DNA of 64,000 bases from Balanoglossus misakiensis (GCA_040954595.2 CM082576.2:19577028-19641027), one strand, 5' to 3'. Shown: positions 25,701 to 40,100, numbered from the stretch's first letter. The notes: generated from the sequence alone by a model not told the origin. A program made the numbers and translations.

Positions 25701-27409
25701 ACGTGTTACATATTAAAATTGCAATGTGCATAATATACAATTAGTCTTTTGTAAATTCAGACTGAGAAAATATGACTGATAAACATTATCTGGCACATGT
25801 TGGTGAATGGCTGGCGTTGATGTTGTGGGTTGAAATCCGAACTATGATTATCGCGGGTACAAATCACATTTATTTTCTCAGAGACACCACGTTTGCAACT
25901 TCGGGACAGAAAGGTGAAAACGAACGTCATTAGTTCTTGGGAAAAAACTCTGAAATCAATTTCGGTGAGGTCAAATGTGTTCCAAAGGCAAACCGTTTCT
26001 GGTAAACAAATCAATGGCAAATAGTTACTTCGGCGACTTACCAATCAATCAACATGGCTGCCAAATCGTTGGATATCCCGGATTCATCTCGCGATCATTC
26101 TATCTTCCGATATGGCGTTGCTTGGTTAAATTCGTCTCTTCTTTGCCGACATAGTCGGGCGACAGCGGTCCAGAAGCATATACAGCGACGCCATCTTGTT
26201 TACAATGTGAAGTATCAACTGCGCATGCTCAATGGTTGTTGATTGGAAAGTGGGCAGAGCCTGCAAGATCCAGGGTTCGCTTGACCGGCCAAACGCGGTT
26301 ATTCTCCCTGGACCAAATCATTTAAGCGTCAGGCGTAATACATCACATAATTGACTGGAAAACTAAACAGTCTTCCACCTATATATCAACACAGTTTATT
26401 AAACCAGCACCCGCGCAAATATTTACAAGTATATGATTAAAATTGATCAAATCATTAATCGCACGGTTACAGCTGTCATAGTTTCTAATAATATTATTCA
26501 CTGGTAGCGCTGACATACCATGTTGAAACTTGTCGCGGAAAACAAGATAATTGATCTTACGGTGTCATTTGTTTTTAAAAAGTGCTTAATAACTATTGAT
26601 CCCATTGATATATTTTTCCATATTTATATATTTTTCGCAAATTTTGACTGCTTGGGCTACTAATAGCATGGTAATCACAATGGATTTACCACCTCCCAGC
26701 TGCGTTATAAAAGAATGCCTATTCTGTGGACACTAGCCTCATCGAAGACCGAACGTGTTCATCGATGTTTCCATTCATGACGAATCCAATGCAGGCGTCG
26801 CAGTCATTCTGGCTTTCACGCTGTGGGCACCTCTGGTGACAGCAATTCCCAACAAGTTGCGGGTAAGTAATCACACAACCTATATGAGTGAAAGTTTCTT
26901 GTCATTTTCGCAACGTCAAGGTTGATATTCTCTTCTTGGATCGAAAATGTGTGACACAACAAATGAATATGCGTGGCAGGGTCGGCTGTGTCTTTTGCTT
27001 CGAGGCATAGTCGTCAGACACACATCCCTAACACGCGAAGCCAGCTTATCCTTTGATCAAATGGCAGCGCTATTCTAAATATTTTACAGCATGCCCTAAA
27101 GGACAAACACGTGCCGCTGGAAGAGGCCAAAACTCAGCAGAGACGGCAAGATGTTAACGGAGGTGAGCCCCAACAATAAATTAATATTGTTCCTTTTATT
27201 TAGAAAACGCCGCATAATTAGCCAACCAATCATGGTTATGAGAAACCTCCAAAATACAATGTATCGATATTTACTGCATCTGTTCATACTTCGCCCGCGC
27301 TTTAAAAACCCTATAGCTGCTAAAATTGGCATATTTTTTTCCAGAGTAAAATACTTCATATGTATATTCCCTATTCCCTAAAATCTTCACCCGTGACCAT
27401 TAAGCCATA

Positions 27410-27856
27410 TTACTTGCATTTGCATTGGTTTGTCATCACTTGGCGTCGCATTTCACGATAGCTGCTTAGCTGCTATTGTTTGTATGAAGGCTGATTAAAT
27501 CGGTGAGGCACCGTTTTAATACATAGCATGTTCCAATTGCAACATGCAGTCACAATCGGGCATCGATAAGATGTTTATGTATACCTATCAGTAAGCTTAT
27601 TTTGATGAACCAATTTAAGTTGGAAAATAAAATCATGAAAATAATGCAAAAAGTGGCAGCTTTGGAGGCTTTAAACTACAGTTCTCCCAAATTGTCTTGA
27701 CTAAATGACATACATGTGGTCAAAAGTTCTGACTGCAGAAGAGGTTGCAGCTGTGGCGGGGGACTGTTCAATTGGAGGAAATATATTTACATGGAATACA
27801 GACAATATTGAAATGGCAGCAGAAATAGTTCCTACTGAAAAGAATGCTATCTGCAG
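27410..27856 (+). pseudogene. Degenerate pentraxin-domain exon
   Basis: HWFVITW.. then SFGGFK.. then YMWSKVLTAEEVAAVAGDCSIGGNIFTWNTDNIEM..ICS|gtgag, matching the pentraxin C-terminal W..VL...EI....C...GN...W pattern; stops and frameshifts upstream; more decayed relatives at ~21000-21300 (+) and ~39100-39400 (-). Confidence 0.65.
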
Positions 27857-28727
27857 TGAGTATCACAACTTTAAAATGAAAGATTTTGCAAATTTAAAAA
27901 AAATATTGAGTGTTTTGACATGCGTCAGTGGTCAGTAACACACAAGCTGCATGATAAGAGGGTCACGAGAAATTGTAAGCCGCAATGTATAATGGATTAA
28001 CTCCATGACCTATGCGACCTACGAACTGTGACGTACAGAATTTATTTCTACGTGTAATGCGGTCTGCGGCAGTGAGCCACAGACCGCATTGCGAGAGCAG
28101 TGAGAATTCACCACAATGCGTAGGTTGATCTTCGAATGAAATATTACCTTGTCACCGGTTTTCCACATGGCTACACTGTAAAATTGGGTGACGTGTTCGT
28201 TCACAAGTGGAATAATTGTGAGTAGTAAAGCACGCGAAGTTAAGCAACGAGCACGTTTTGAAATGCGCGCAGATGATCCCAGTTTAGCAAATTCCATTGC
28301 GTGCATGCAAAAAAAATAATACTGTACCGGGGGTGAGCCTACTTTCTTTCCATACAGATACACGTATATGTTGGTTAAGGTATGTGACAAACAGTTTTCA
28401 TGTAACAGCCAGTGATGCTGACCATAAAACCAGCGCAGCTGATGCTTTCATCTACAATTTGCAACATGGACGTTTGTGTCTCTGCATGTGTCGTGCATGT
28501 TACTGCTGAACAAAAAAGATATGCGGGCACCACAGGCTGGCGAAAGCGGTGCTCACGTGCTCTGCAAGCTGATGTTGTCACTAAATTGGCAAAGTATTGT
28601 ACACATGGAGGAGTTTCTTGAGCTGTCTGTTGTATAAATGTCGGTTGTGAGTACATTATTTTTTATTTTATTTTAATAATTTTCAAAGCCCCTATGATTG
28701 AAGCATATTATTACGACTCATCCGTTC

Positions 28728-28810
28728 ATCATTCATTCATTCATTCATTCATTCATTCATTCATTCATTCATTCATTCATTCATTCATTCATTCATTCAT
28801 TCATCCATTC
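28728..28810. repeat. (TTCA)n microsatellite
   Basis: Direct reading. Confidence 0.95.
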
Positions 28811-31314
28811 AGTCAGTCACTGTACCAATTGAAGACGCCCTTGTATAGGAGAATTTAGCTATGTACTGACTGTCTTTTCATTTTTTCTTCATCCTATAGA
28901 ATCTACCGACCTGGTCGCTGTCAATAACAATTCAACTCCTTAAACATCCTGTGTGTGTGAAGTCTATGAACACTGGCCATGCATTTCAATTCAAGGACAA
29001 AATGAATGCGCAATATTTCGTTTTATCGAGAGTAATGTGCAGTGATTAAATTTGCTAGGGCTCTCTTAGCAGATTTGGAGTTAGTCATTTTGGTAGAAAC
29101 TTTTCGAGATGGGAAATCTTTGGTCATCTAACCAAGTTATTTGTATTTTTGTTATATAAGACAGAGTCATTTCTATATCATAGATGCAAGTTTAATTTAT
29201 AACATGAATTTGAATAAAATATTTTTTTTTAAATATCACCACATGAATTTGAATAAAATATTTTTTTTTAAATATCACCAGATTGAAATCTTTGGAAGTT
29301 TGCACTTAGAGGGATGGCATGGCAGTTTTCCACTGTTCATATTACAAAGAATTTGGCGTCACGTGTAGATTTCATGAGTGTTCGAGTTTTGCTCTTCCCA
29401 GCCTCGTACCCACAATCCTCTGATACTTACACTTACGTCAGTTCTATAGCCGCTGACCCACTAGATTCTCCTTATGAATTGCCCAAATTATTTGTTGGTA
29501 TAGTTTTGATAGTTGGTGCACGGAAACTTTTGATCGATTCACGAAATTCAAAATATGTTACATCACAAACCTCATAAAATGGAGGCTAGAGTAGCCTGTT
29601 TGTATTCAGGTAATTTTACAATTACCTCAATTACCTTTTTTCGAGGGGGGGGGGGGGGTTAAGAAAACATACAGATTGAAATAACAAGGAAGTGGTATAT
29701 CAAACCGAAACCTTATCTCAATCGTGATTCTAGAGTGTTTCCATGTCATGTGACATCCACAAAAATGTGGTATTATCTTGAAAAGAGTCCCGATTTCCCA
29801 AACTGGTTTTGCGAATGTACTTCACTTTGGAGCAATGCATGAGTACATTCGTAGAAAGATATTGCTCCACTATTTACTGACACTCCTCTTGTACTGCAAA
29901 TATTACTGCATTCTGTCAGGGCAAGACAAAAGACACAGCAGAACTGCCAGAATTAAAACAGACAACTGGCAATTTCAATAAACATGTAATAACAAATATA
30001 TGTAACATTGAATGAGGTGTCCATACAGCTTGGTCATTTAAAGACCTCCAGTCATTGTGACAATGCATAAATATTTATGTACACCATGTTAAAAATTAGT
30101 TCAGGCATACCTTATACATGTATGTTTTTGACTGACCATATCCTCAGCACGCCCTTTTTTTCAAAAAGACTATCATTATTCTCTGCCAGGCAGAGAGTTG
30201 CCGCTTTCTTGTTAACAATAATATACTATTATAACATTGCATAGATTCCTGTTTGTTTCTGTCCATATCTCACAAACTGTGGTGTGCATACTGTTGAAAT
30301 GACCTCAAGAAGAAAATGCCAAATGGAAAAATATTTGACATACTAACCTGTATGATAATGTTATACGGTACAATATATTTAACGGTTCCAATCCAATGTT
30401 GAGAACTAACAAAACAATTTGAGCAGAATTCATTTAAAATTAATTGCAGTTCCGTTTTACCGCATTTCATAGGATGCTGGCTAAAATTCATACTATGGTG
30501 GATTACCTGTTATGCATTTCTTTCCCTATTTCGTCTGGCAGATTTGAGTTTGACAAGCTGTCATTTTCCTTTCAGCTCCGCAAAATTGATGGATTTACTT
30601 TGACAGCACACAGACTGTCCATTTGTCATCGGAGATACAAGCAGCATCAGGTGCTGAACAGCTTGCAGCAGTGTTGGAAAAGAGTACACAACACTAACTT
30701 GCAAGAGTGCTTTGGCCCTTTCTTCACACTGTCCGAAACTTGTTGTGTTACATCATTGCTTAATGAATAAGAAATACACAGGTATTTAGCGTTCTATTCA
30801 ATACCTACAATAGATAAAAGGGTGTCGGTCTGTATGCGACAATCTTCAATGTTCTTATGAGCACAAGGCTTTATTCAGGGAACGTTTTACTGTAAGAATT
30901 ATATGATATAAACTGAATAAGTTTGTTGTCTGTCAACTCTTCTGTCTTTGTCTTACCGATACGGTTCTAACCGCGAACACTGAGGCTTCTCTGCTCGTAC
31001 ACAGTATAAATCAATGGATGATAAAATGCGCCCTCTTTTGGTGAACTCTTCCTACCGCCCGACCTTCTACCTTACATTAAGGCATGTAGGGCGGTCAGGT
31101 AGATGGCAGTGTATTGCAAGCGTCTCTTGCATATTTTTTTCCGCCAGGAATGGCATACATTCGTTTTTGGCGACACCACAACTGCTGGAACTTCTCGAAA
31201 AATTGAGAGCCGGATTTCATAAATGCTCATGTTTTCCGAAGGGCTGAAAGAAGATCCAGAGTGGAATATTTAAATTTGCCTGTGGCAGACATCATAGTGG
31301 CTGCCAGTTATTCT

Positions 31315-31476
31315 ATTTCTTGTGCAAGAGATAGTATCTTGTTCCAGCGAGATGTTTTCTCGTGTGCACGAGAAACATGCTATCTCGTGCATATCTCGTG
31401 CGCACGAGAAAATTGCGAGCGCACTCGTGTTCACGAGAAAATATCACATGCACACGTAAGTCGTGCGCACGAGATA
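31315..31476. repeat. Cluster of palindromic TCTCGTGCGCACGAGA-like motifs, probably a DNA-transposon subterminal region
   Basis: About six degenerate copies of the 16-bp palindrome in 160 bp. Confidence 0.6.
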
Positions 31477-34190
31477 AAAAAATGTGCCCTGTAGTCTTTC
31501 TTAGGACATGGTAGCGTGACGTCGCATTGTAATTAACGGACGATCTTGGAAATTCGGCTATTAATGGTGAATGGACTTTCGCCTCCTTCGAACAACAACA
31601 GAGACTGACGTCGCAACAATGACAGAAAAAGTGAAGCAAATGGCCGACAAAACGAAGAGAATCGGAAAACGGGCAGGATCCTCGGCACAGACATCTGGGA
31701 ATAATACCACCACATCAAATAGAACGACGAGTAGTGCAGGACAAACCGCCACCAGTGACTATGACAACAAGTCTGAAGGCGATGCTGGCGAACCCTTGCA
31801 CAATACAACTACAGTCCTACAGAGAAATGCAGCCCAGCGCCACTCAAGATTTTCCATTCCTGGTCTGGCAGCAGCCAAAATATGCTGTTGTTTTTTCTCT
31901 TAGAAGCGACCTCAGTCTGAGCTGCATGAGAATAAACTGTAGGTTGGGAATACAACAAAAAAACACGCAGTCGCTGCGGTCAACACGTAGCTATTAGTTT
32001 CGGTTTTATGTTCGCTACAGCTCGGAAACCAAAATGTGGTACAACTTCAAGCTACATAAACTGGAAAGCATAGTACGTGCAGAGCAGACCATGGTGACGA
32101 AAGCAGGTATTCTAGGTCGTAAGATAAAAACACGGCGCTAGAAAAACAGTCATCAAAAGTTGCACGTGTTCCCCGGCCACAAATAATGTAATTGTTGGCG
32201 CACAGAAAGTCCAGTCGATAAACGTTTACGCTATAGAAACTCACTCTCTCAGCAAAAGTCTGACACCCTCGTCAATGACAAAACGCAAACCGAGCTGGGT
32301 ATGATCAAGTCAAACATAGGGCCAATCCCCACTCTATGTTTTATTATTTTCCACATACGATGGTTCTAAATAAAAATGTACCTATTTGAAATGCTTACCG
32401 AGGTAAGATCATTGAAAGTTTTCAAACGTTGATGACAAATGTATAACTGATTTTTTTACAAATGAATAATCGCGCACTTGCATGTTATTTTCTCTATACC
32501 AGACACCGCGCGCGCGCCGTTGGCAAAAAAAAACGCGGAAAATTATTGAGCATGCGCAGTCGATACTTCACATTGTAAACAAGATGGCGTCGCTGCCTAT
32601 GCTTCTCGACCGCTGTCGCCTGACTATGTCGGCAAAGAAGAGACGAATTTAACCATGCAACGCCATATCGGAAGACAGAATGATCGCGAGATGAAACCGG
32701 GCTATCCAACGATTAGGCAGCCATGTTGACTGATTGGTATGTCGCCGAAGTAATTATTTGCCATTGATTTGTTTACCAGAAACGGTTTGCCTTTGGAACA
32801 CATTTGGCCTCACCGAAATTGATTTCAGAGGTTTTTTCCCAAAAACTAATGACGTTCGTCTTCACCTGAGTGCGAGGATGGATTGAAGGGACACAAGCTT
32901 TTGTAGCCACCAATATTTTGACACTCTTTATATCAATGTTGAGCTGGCATATTTGCTCCAATATGATGTAGTGTACCTGTTGCATTGAAATGAAGCTGTA
33001 ATAATATTACAGTGCAATCTAGTCCTTTGGGTTAATAGGAAAACGAGGTCAATAAATGACAGGTTTATTTAAATACAGGATATATTTATCACAAGCACTT
33101 ATGCATATGTATGAGATACTTATTTATTTTTAATTTATTTTTTATTTTTTATTTATTTTGTACGTTCAGGTAATCATATGGATTTGTATGGAATCACATA
33201 CACATTAATTGAAGACTATCATATCACAGAAGTCGAGCCGCCAGATGTGTAAGGTAACCATTTTGGTTTCATGACTAAGTTTGTTTAAGAATTCATAAAG
33301 CTACCCAATGAATGAATTTCCTTAAAATTTCACAAATGTGACAGAGTTTGCAGTTGTGCAAGAAAGTGTGTATTATTCACATAAGAATTTTTTCGTATGC
33401 ATTTTTCTGATGGCAATGCATTTGACTGTAAACAAATATGGATGTCAGTTAGTAGTGCTATTTTGTCAGTGAAATGGCTTCATCATCATCCCTCCAACCA
33501 AAGTTGAAACAGAGTTGCAAATATTGCACAGCTTGAAATCATAAAATGTTGCAAAATTGAACCAACCCTTTGGTCAACGATTATGTTCTTACAGCTATTA
33601 TTAGAACCAGACAGTCTCAGGGAACAAGAGACATGGGCCTGATTTGCAAGTTGAGTTAGAACTGCCTTTGCCTGCCCACGGACGCCCCAATTTCAGCAAA
33701 AATTATTGCATTAAAATATGAGTATGGAGAACTATGCTCTGTGTTTCTTTTGTTAGCTTACATAGCTGTTGTCATTCTAGTTTTTCCTCCGTCCTGTGAG
33801 CAGAGTTTCAGTTGCGAAAACCGACAGTTCTCAAAGTACAAAAGTACACCTAAATTGCCTCGGTGATGAGCATGCAGAATTTATCTGATGCTTCTTACTG
33901 GCAGAAGGACCCCACCAGTTGCAGATTGTGAATTCCATGGCACAAGGGAATTTACGCTTTGCGTTCAAATATAAATAATTAAATCCTGTAAAATTATTCT
34001 ATATGTTATTTATTGATGATTCAAAAGTGTTATGACTGATTGTGTTAGAGTACCTGTATTCCATATAAGCATGCTGTCAGTGCACATCCGATTGATAACA
34101 ATTTCACATTTTTAAAAATTTGCTTCTCTGAATAATTATGAATACATAAAACTTCATATGATATAAATTGTCCTGATTTGTAAACATTAA

Positions 34191-34645
34191 ACCCCGATGC
34201 GTGGTATAAAAGACCCCCCAAATCAGTGGCGAATCTTAATGCCGTTTGACTGACAACAGACAACACCAACGATCTTGGCTCTAACGATCTTGGCTCTATG
34301 AAAATCGGCCCAAACAGATCCAAGCATAAAGAATTACACCACACAACGACAGTGGTTGGCTTTATAAACACACACAACATAAAGTTATCGATGAAAAAGT
34401 ACACGAGCTTTTGAAACAACGATGATTTTGGGAGAAATCTGGTTTCAGTGCTTTTCAGAAGCATCCCTGGGAAACAATAACCACGCCATTCAAACAGCTG
34501 TCAATCGCATAGAAGTGTAAAGTGTTCAATTATTTTCTATGTACATGAGATCAATTACACAGTTATTATGCACGACGACCACTCCCAAATAAACAACTGT
34601 ACAAACACACGTTAATCCGAACCCCAGTACTTTCCGCACCGGGGT
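34191..34645. mobile_element. TTAA-target MITE (piggyBac/Kolobok-type target)
   Basis: TTAA|ACCCCGATGCG .. CGCACCGGGGT|TTAA; empty single TTAA in the left arm (~24389). Confidence 0.85.
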
Positions 34646-35736
34646 TTAAGGCCTAATGCTAGTGTCACAACATTGATTACCAGACCGTTTCCCTATGTAT
34701 GTATGTATGTATGTATGTATGTATGCAGCCATGTATGCATGTGTTTGTGTGTGTGTGTACATGTGTGTCTGCATGTTACATGTATATATGGATGTATGTC
34801 TGCCCTGATCCAAAACATGAAACCACGCTTTTTTTATTTTGGTGTGTAGATGGGATTTTGCTTAAATGAAGTTGTCATTGCAAAAATACGCAAATAACCT
34901 GTGAAATATGTGGAATTGATCAAAACTCAACAACTGGTTAGACTGCTTTGAACATTTGTATGCATGTAGGTAATGTCATCATACCTGATATACTTTGAGT
35001 TTATATCGTGAATTGTCTATTTTTTATGCAATTATTTTGTCTTGTTTTACCATTTGAAAAAAAATCTTTTCCACTTAAAGAGATTGGCTGATTTCTTTAG
35101 AATTTAGTATGACACTTCCGGTAGGTGATCATAGTTGGTTTTATTTAAATTGTCGCAGAATTTGTAATCTGTCATTTTTGGTCAAAATTCATTTTCTGAG
35201 AAACTCCTTAGATTGCTTTTAAATTTTGGTATGCTTGTTCCAAGAGGTAACCCAAGTAATGTTGTATATCATTTTGGTGAAATTTACATATTGTGGTCTT
35301 GGGGCAATTTTTGCAATTTGTATTCTTTGAAACTACTAGTCAGATTGCTTTCAACTTTGGTAGGCGTGGTGATTGAAGTAGATATTATACAATTTGTTGA
35401 TAGTTGGATAGATGTGGTTTGAGGCAGTTTTTGTCATTGTTGAATGTTGTTTTCCCTAAAATACTTGTCTGGTTCCTTTGAAATGTTCTTACAGAAGGTC
35501 ATATCTGCTTGCCAATGTCACATGATTTTTCCCATGAACACAGACATACCTAATTTTGTGTAATCCCCAGATGGGACCACAGTGTGTAATAACCTGACCA
35601 ACAGTGACTAGTATATCCTGTGTGTTATACAGTACTTCTCACAAGGTTGAAGTACATGTAGACTGTTGATGATTTTTTGCGATTCTTCAGAAACTTACAA
35701 TACAGAGTCTAATGTGGTAACGTCCATGGTCACATT

Positions 35737-37124
35737 AGTCCTGTTTCAAAATGACCTACATTACACGTCCTATACACATGTATTGCATGTTTTGATTGGT
35801 TTATCCGCTTCTCTTAGGTCCACTTGCGGCACGCTGATTGGAGGGACCTTGTAGGTTAGGTCTTATTATTATGTATTATTCACTAGACCTTGTAGGTTAG
35901 GTCTTATTACTATGCATTTTTCGCTTTACAGCTCCCTGATTGGTTAACAGGTCAGTCTGGTCCCCCATGTGTTCACTGCCTCATAATACAGGACCTTGTA
36001 GGTTAGGTCATATTAATATGTATTTATTCACCATACAGCTCCCTGATTGGTTAACGTGTCAGTCTGGTCTCCCAGTGTTCACTGCCTCATTGTGAAATGT
36101 CCCATGTGCTTCCTGGCTAGCGTTGTGGTAACACATTATTCGGGATGTCCGCAGATCATTCATTAATTTTCTGAGAAATAGCCTGACTGATACTATCTCC
36201 AACATAAACCGCACCCTGGAAAGATTAAATGATTTTTAGATGGACTTTGAAAATCTGATTATCACATCTAAGCATTTTTGCTAACAGTTGTATATTTTCT
36301 TAAATCACCCTCCTACTTCTCATCATCAATATTATTATTGTTGTTTTACTATTTTAAAGTAAATTTGTTTTGACGTAGATGTTGTGAAAAGGAGTACGTT
36401 GTCCGTTTATACATTCGTATATTGTTTTCATAAAAATGGAACTATGACGGTGCAGCTTCGTGAAAGAAGTACAATAAAAGTAATCATACCTGTAAAGCAA
36501 CTAATGAGGTATCCCAATTAAAGAAATGCAATGCTATTCTAAACAGTTCTATTGTAAGATATTTTTGGTTTGCTCGAATGAATAGCACACACTTCGTATT
36601 CAGCCAGGTGTTACACGAAGTGATGCGCTGAAAAGCATTACGTAACAAAACACTAGCCCATTTCAACAAACCGCCACTGGAAATAAAATAAAAAAATTCT
36701 CCTGGCAATTTTTATTTCGAGTATCTAGTTCACAGTATCACAAAAAAATGCCATGAATAGTGAAGGAAAGGTTAAATCCAATCATTATATGAGTGCCTTT
36801 CTTTATACACTGGGATCGAGCTTCGACAACGCGCAGGCAGCATGCCAGACAGAATACGACAACTGTATTCAGAAGGACAAAAGACTTTGCATAACGAGGC
36901 AGTGAAAATTGGAGACCTACACATTAACCAATCAGGGAGCTGTAAAGTGAATAATACATAGTAATAAGACCTAACCTACAAGGTCTAGTGAATAATACAT
37001 AATAATAAGACCTAACACATAAGGTCCCTCCAATCACCGTGCCTCAAGTGGACCTAAGATTACCAGATGGACCAATCACAGATGTCGGTACATATGTCAT
37101 GGACCTGACTTATGAAACATGACT
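35737..37124. mobile_element. 1.39-kb non-autonomous TIR element with long subterminal inverted repeats
   Basis: ATT|AGTCCTGTTTCA .. TGAAACATGACT|ATT; 35790-35945 is inverted at 36925-37080; empty site at ~23273-23290 in the left arm. Confidence 0.8.
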
Positions 37125-40100
37125 ATTCAGAACTACCTAGTCTATGCCCGGCAGTGTTCTGTCCGCTTTGCTTCCAAAACTAATGTCTGGCCTCACTCAT
37201 GCCACTTGCCCAATAAACTAATACCCCTTGCTGGGAATTATGATGTAACTAGCGTCGCTTTGAAGCCTATCACATTACTGAACAGTGTTGATTTGGTGTA
37301 AGATTATAGTGAAGGCAGGGCTTATTACATTGAAAATGCTACCCAACCTTAATTACACGTATGTATATCCTTTGTCTAATCATTGGAAAAACAATGTACA
37401 TGTACCAAAGACTATATAAGTAGCTATTTGAAGGTGAATCGCAAGTGGGCACTTTCATTACTTAACCTCAAGCAGTCGGTTAGCTACCGTATACTAAGAC
37501 AAACATTCCTGGTGTAATTAACATCACTGTCATTAGTAATATCTATCTCCAATCAGTATCAGTTCTGCCTTTATGTTATTTTAAGTCAATTGTCAAGGTT
37601 CATGTACATATATTACAGCTTAACTGTCTTGTCAAAAACTTACGCATGTACATGTACCTAATTCTAGGCTTACCTGTAGGGTTAGAGATACAGTGTTTTA
37701 TATTAATATGCATTAATATGAAACTAAAATTTGATGGTTAATTTAAGACCCCCCTGAGCAATGGTAACCTCGTTAAATATGTGCATATCTAATTCTAGGC
37801 TATTCAGCTGAAGTAGAAACCTGGACATGGACAACTTCGGGGTCAAAATCTTTTGACAAACATTTGTGTGATCTTGGGTAAACTTTGACCTACATTCATA
37901 TATTTTAGCATCCGGAGCAGATACAACCTTGACACTTGGAGTGATGGAACTATTTGATTGAGTATTATGTCTTGCCTCATTAATTATGTACTTACCTAAT
38001 GCCAGCCTAACCAATAGGGCTGGAAGTCTGGCTTTTTGGACATGATAAATTTGAGATCAACATTTTTCTACAGCAGCCAGCCTTCTCTTAAAAAGAATGG
38101 ACAATATAAAGGCTTTGATGGTATACTGAACTTTTGACTCCCACCCTGAGACTGTGTGCCAATGACGGGATAGCCTACTCAGCGTTGGGTAGATCCTAAG
38201 AAGGCCTCAGCCAGGCATCAAATACAAAAAGCGGAAATCCAAGCTTTAATGGTGGGTTACATCGTTAACTTCCCTGCAGAGCTGATTTCTCAGACTGTGA
38301 GCCAATGACGGGTAAAGCCCCTAGGTAGGGGCCACCTAAGACAGGCCGGTCATGCTTTAATCACAAAGAAGGGCAAGTTTAGTCTTACCACAACTTTGTC
38401 TGCTGTATATGCTTCATAAAGATTGCAGAGTATTTTGAGAATACATTGTGTTAAGGCAGTGTGACCAGCTAAAAAGTACTGGCAAACACAGCCAATGTGT
38501 AATGAAAAACATCTAATTTGGCTGAATAAAAGACATAAAACACAGCAAAAGCACTGTGACTAGCTGAGACATAATACTCCATTATGCAGTTCCATCACTC
38601 CAAGTGTCAGGGATGTATCTGTGCCGGATGCCAAGATATAGGAATGTAGGTCAAAGTTTACCCAAGATCACCCAACATTTTGTCAAAAGATTTTGACCCC
38701 AAAGTTGTCCATGTCCAGGTTTCTACCGCAACTGGATAGCCTAGAATTAGATATGTACATATTTAATGAGGTTACCATGGATCAAGGCAGTCCTAAGTAA
38801 ACCATCAAATTTTTAGTTTCATGTTAATTCATGTTAATATAAAACGCTGTATCTCTAACCCACTGGTATGCCATTCTGTGTTTCATGCTACCCAATATGG
38901 GTAAGTAGGTAAAAAGTCACCCTAGGCCATTTGAAATTTTGCTGAAAAAATCACGTCTCTTACATATGTACATTTTGTAAAAGGGAAATTTTAATCACGG
39001 AGTAGAACATATTCATAAAAAATATTTGAGGGAAAGAAGGAAGTTTTTCATAGCTTTGGTGCGTCAAATAGTAGAGAGGTTCCCTTGTTATCCTTAGACT
39101 CAAACTCAGAGTTTCCAATCTTTCAGTATTTTCATGATATTACTTTCCATCTTAGATTTGTTCATCTAAACAAACTGACTGATAGGTATACATGAACATT
39201 TTATTGACTAATGAATGTGCCTGTATGTTGCAATTTAAAGAAGTCAGATATTAAACGAGCGCCACACCTGTTTTAATCAGCCTCCATATGGAGGGTACAC
39301 ATCGCAGAGAGATGACAAACCCCATGCAAATTCAAGTAATATGGCTCAATGGTGCTGATTTTAAAGGATAGGTGGATGATTTGAAAAATGTTATTGTGGA
39401 AAAAGATGTGTAAAATTTGGCAGCTTGTGAGGCTTTAATTGTAAAATCTTTGAAATGTGTTTTACTCTTTAGGTCCAATTTTGTATATGTCAATATACCA
39501 TTTTTAAAATTTGGTTTGCATGTTCTTAGGTGTGATTTTATGACAATTTAACAAACCCAGTGATGGAAGTGACAATATTTTTTTTTTTTTTTTGGCAATT
39601 ACTGCCATTTTTGTCTGATTGCTTTGCAATTTAGTTTGCAGTTTCTAGGGAATTCTTACTGTGGTGCACAAAATTCACAAAGGTGATTTACTATCCTCAT
39701 GCGCTTTGTTGAACTGGCACCCTGTTGCAAAACAGACATTACAACACTCTTTGAATTGAATTCATAGCTACCAATTTTTCGGCGGTGTAGCACCTTTTTT
39801 ATGCCTAAAACTTTGATCGAGAACTTCAAATTAAATGCAACCCTCCAAATATTTGCAATATTTCAGGTAAAATGATTTAATTTTAAAGCATAAATTTTGA
39901 TGTATTCATAATCATTAAGAGAAACACATTTTGAAAATAGAATATTAATCACACTAGCAGTCATAATACTTTTGAATCATCACTAAAGAACATATAGAAA
40001 AATTAAACAGGTGTTAATTATTTATATTTGAACGCAAAGCGTAAATTCCCTTGTGCCATGGAATTGACAATCTGCAACTGGTGGGGTCCTTCTGCCAGTA

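Larger units (their letters stand above)
15068..26235 (+). repeat. Left arm of a giant imperfect inverted repeat
   Basis: Colinear reverse-complement matches: 15070/42410, 16150/40890, 18250/39650, 21350/39070, 22100/38330, 23200/37200, 23600/35380, 25400/33150, 26200/32570. Confidence 0.9.
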
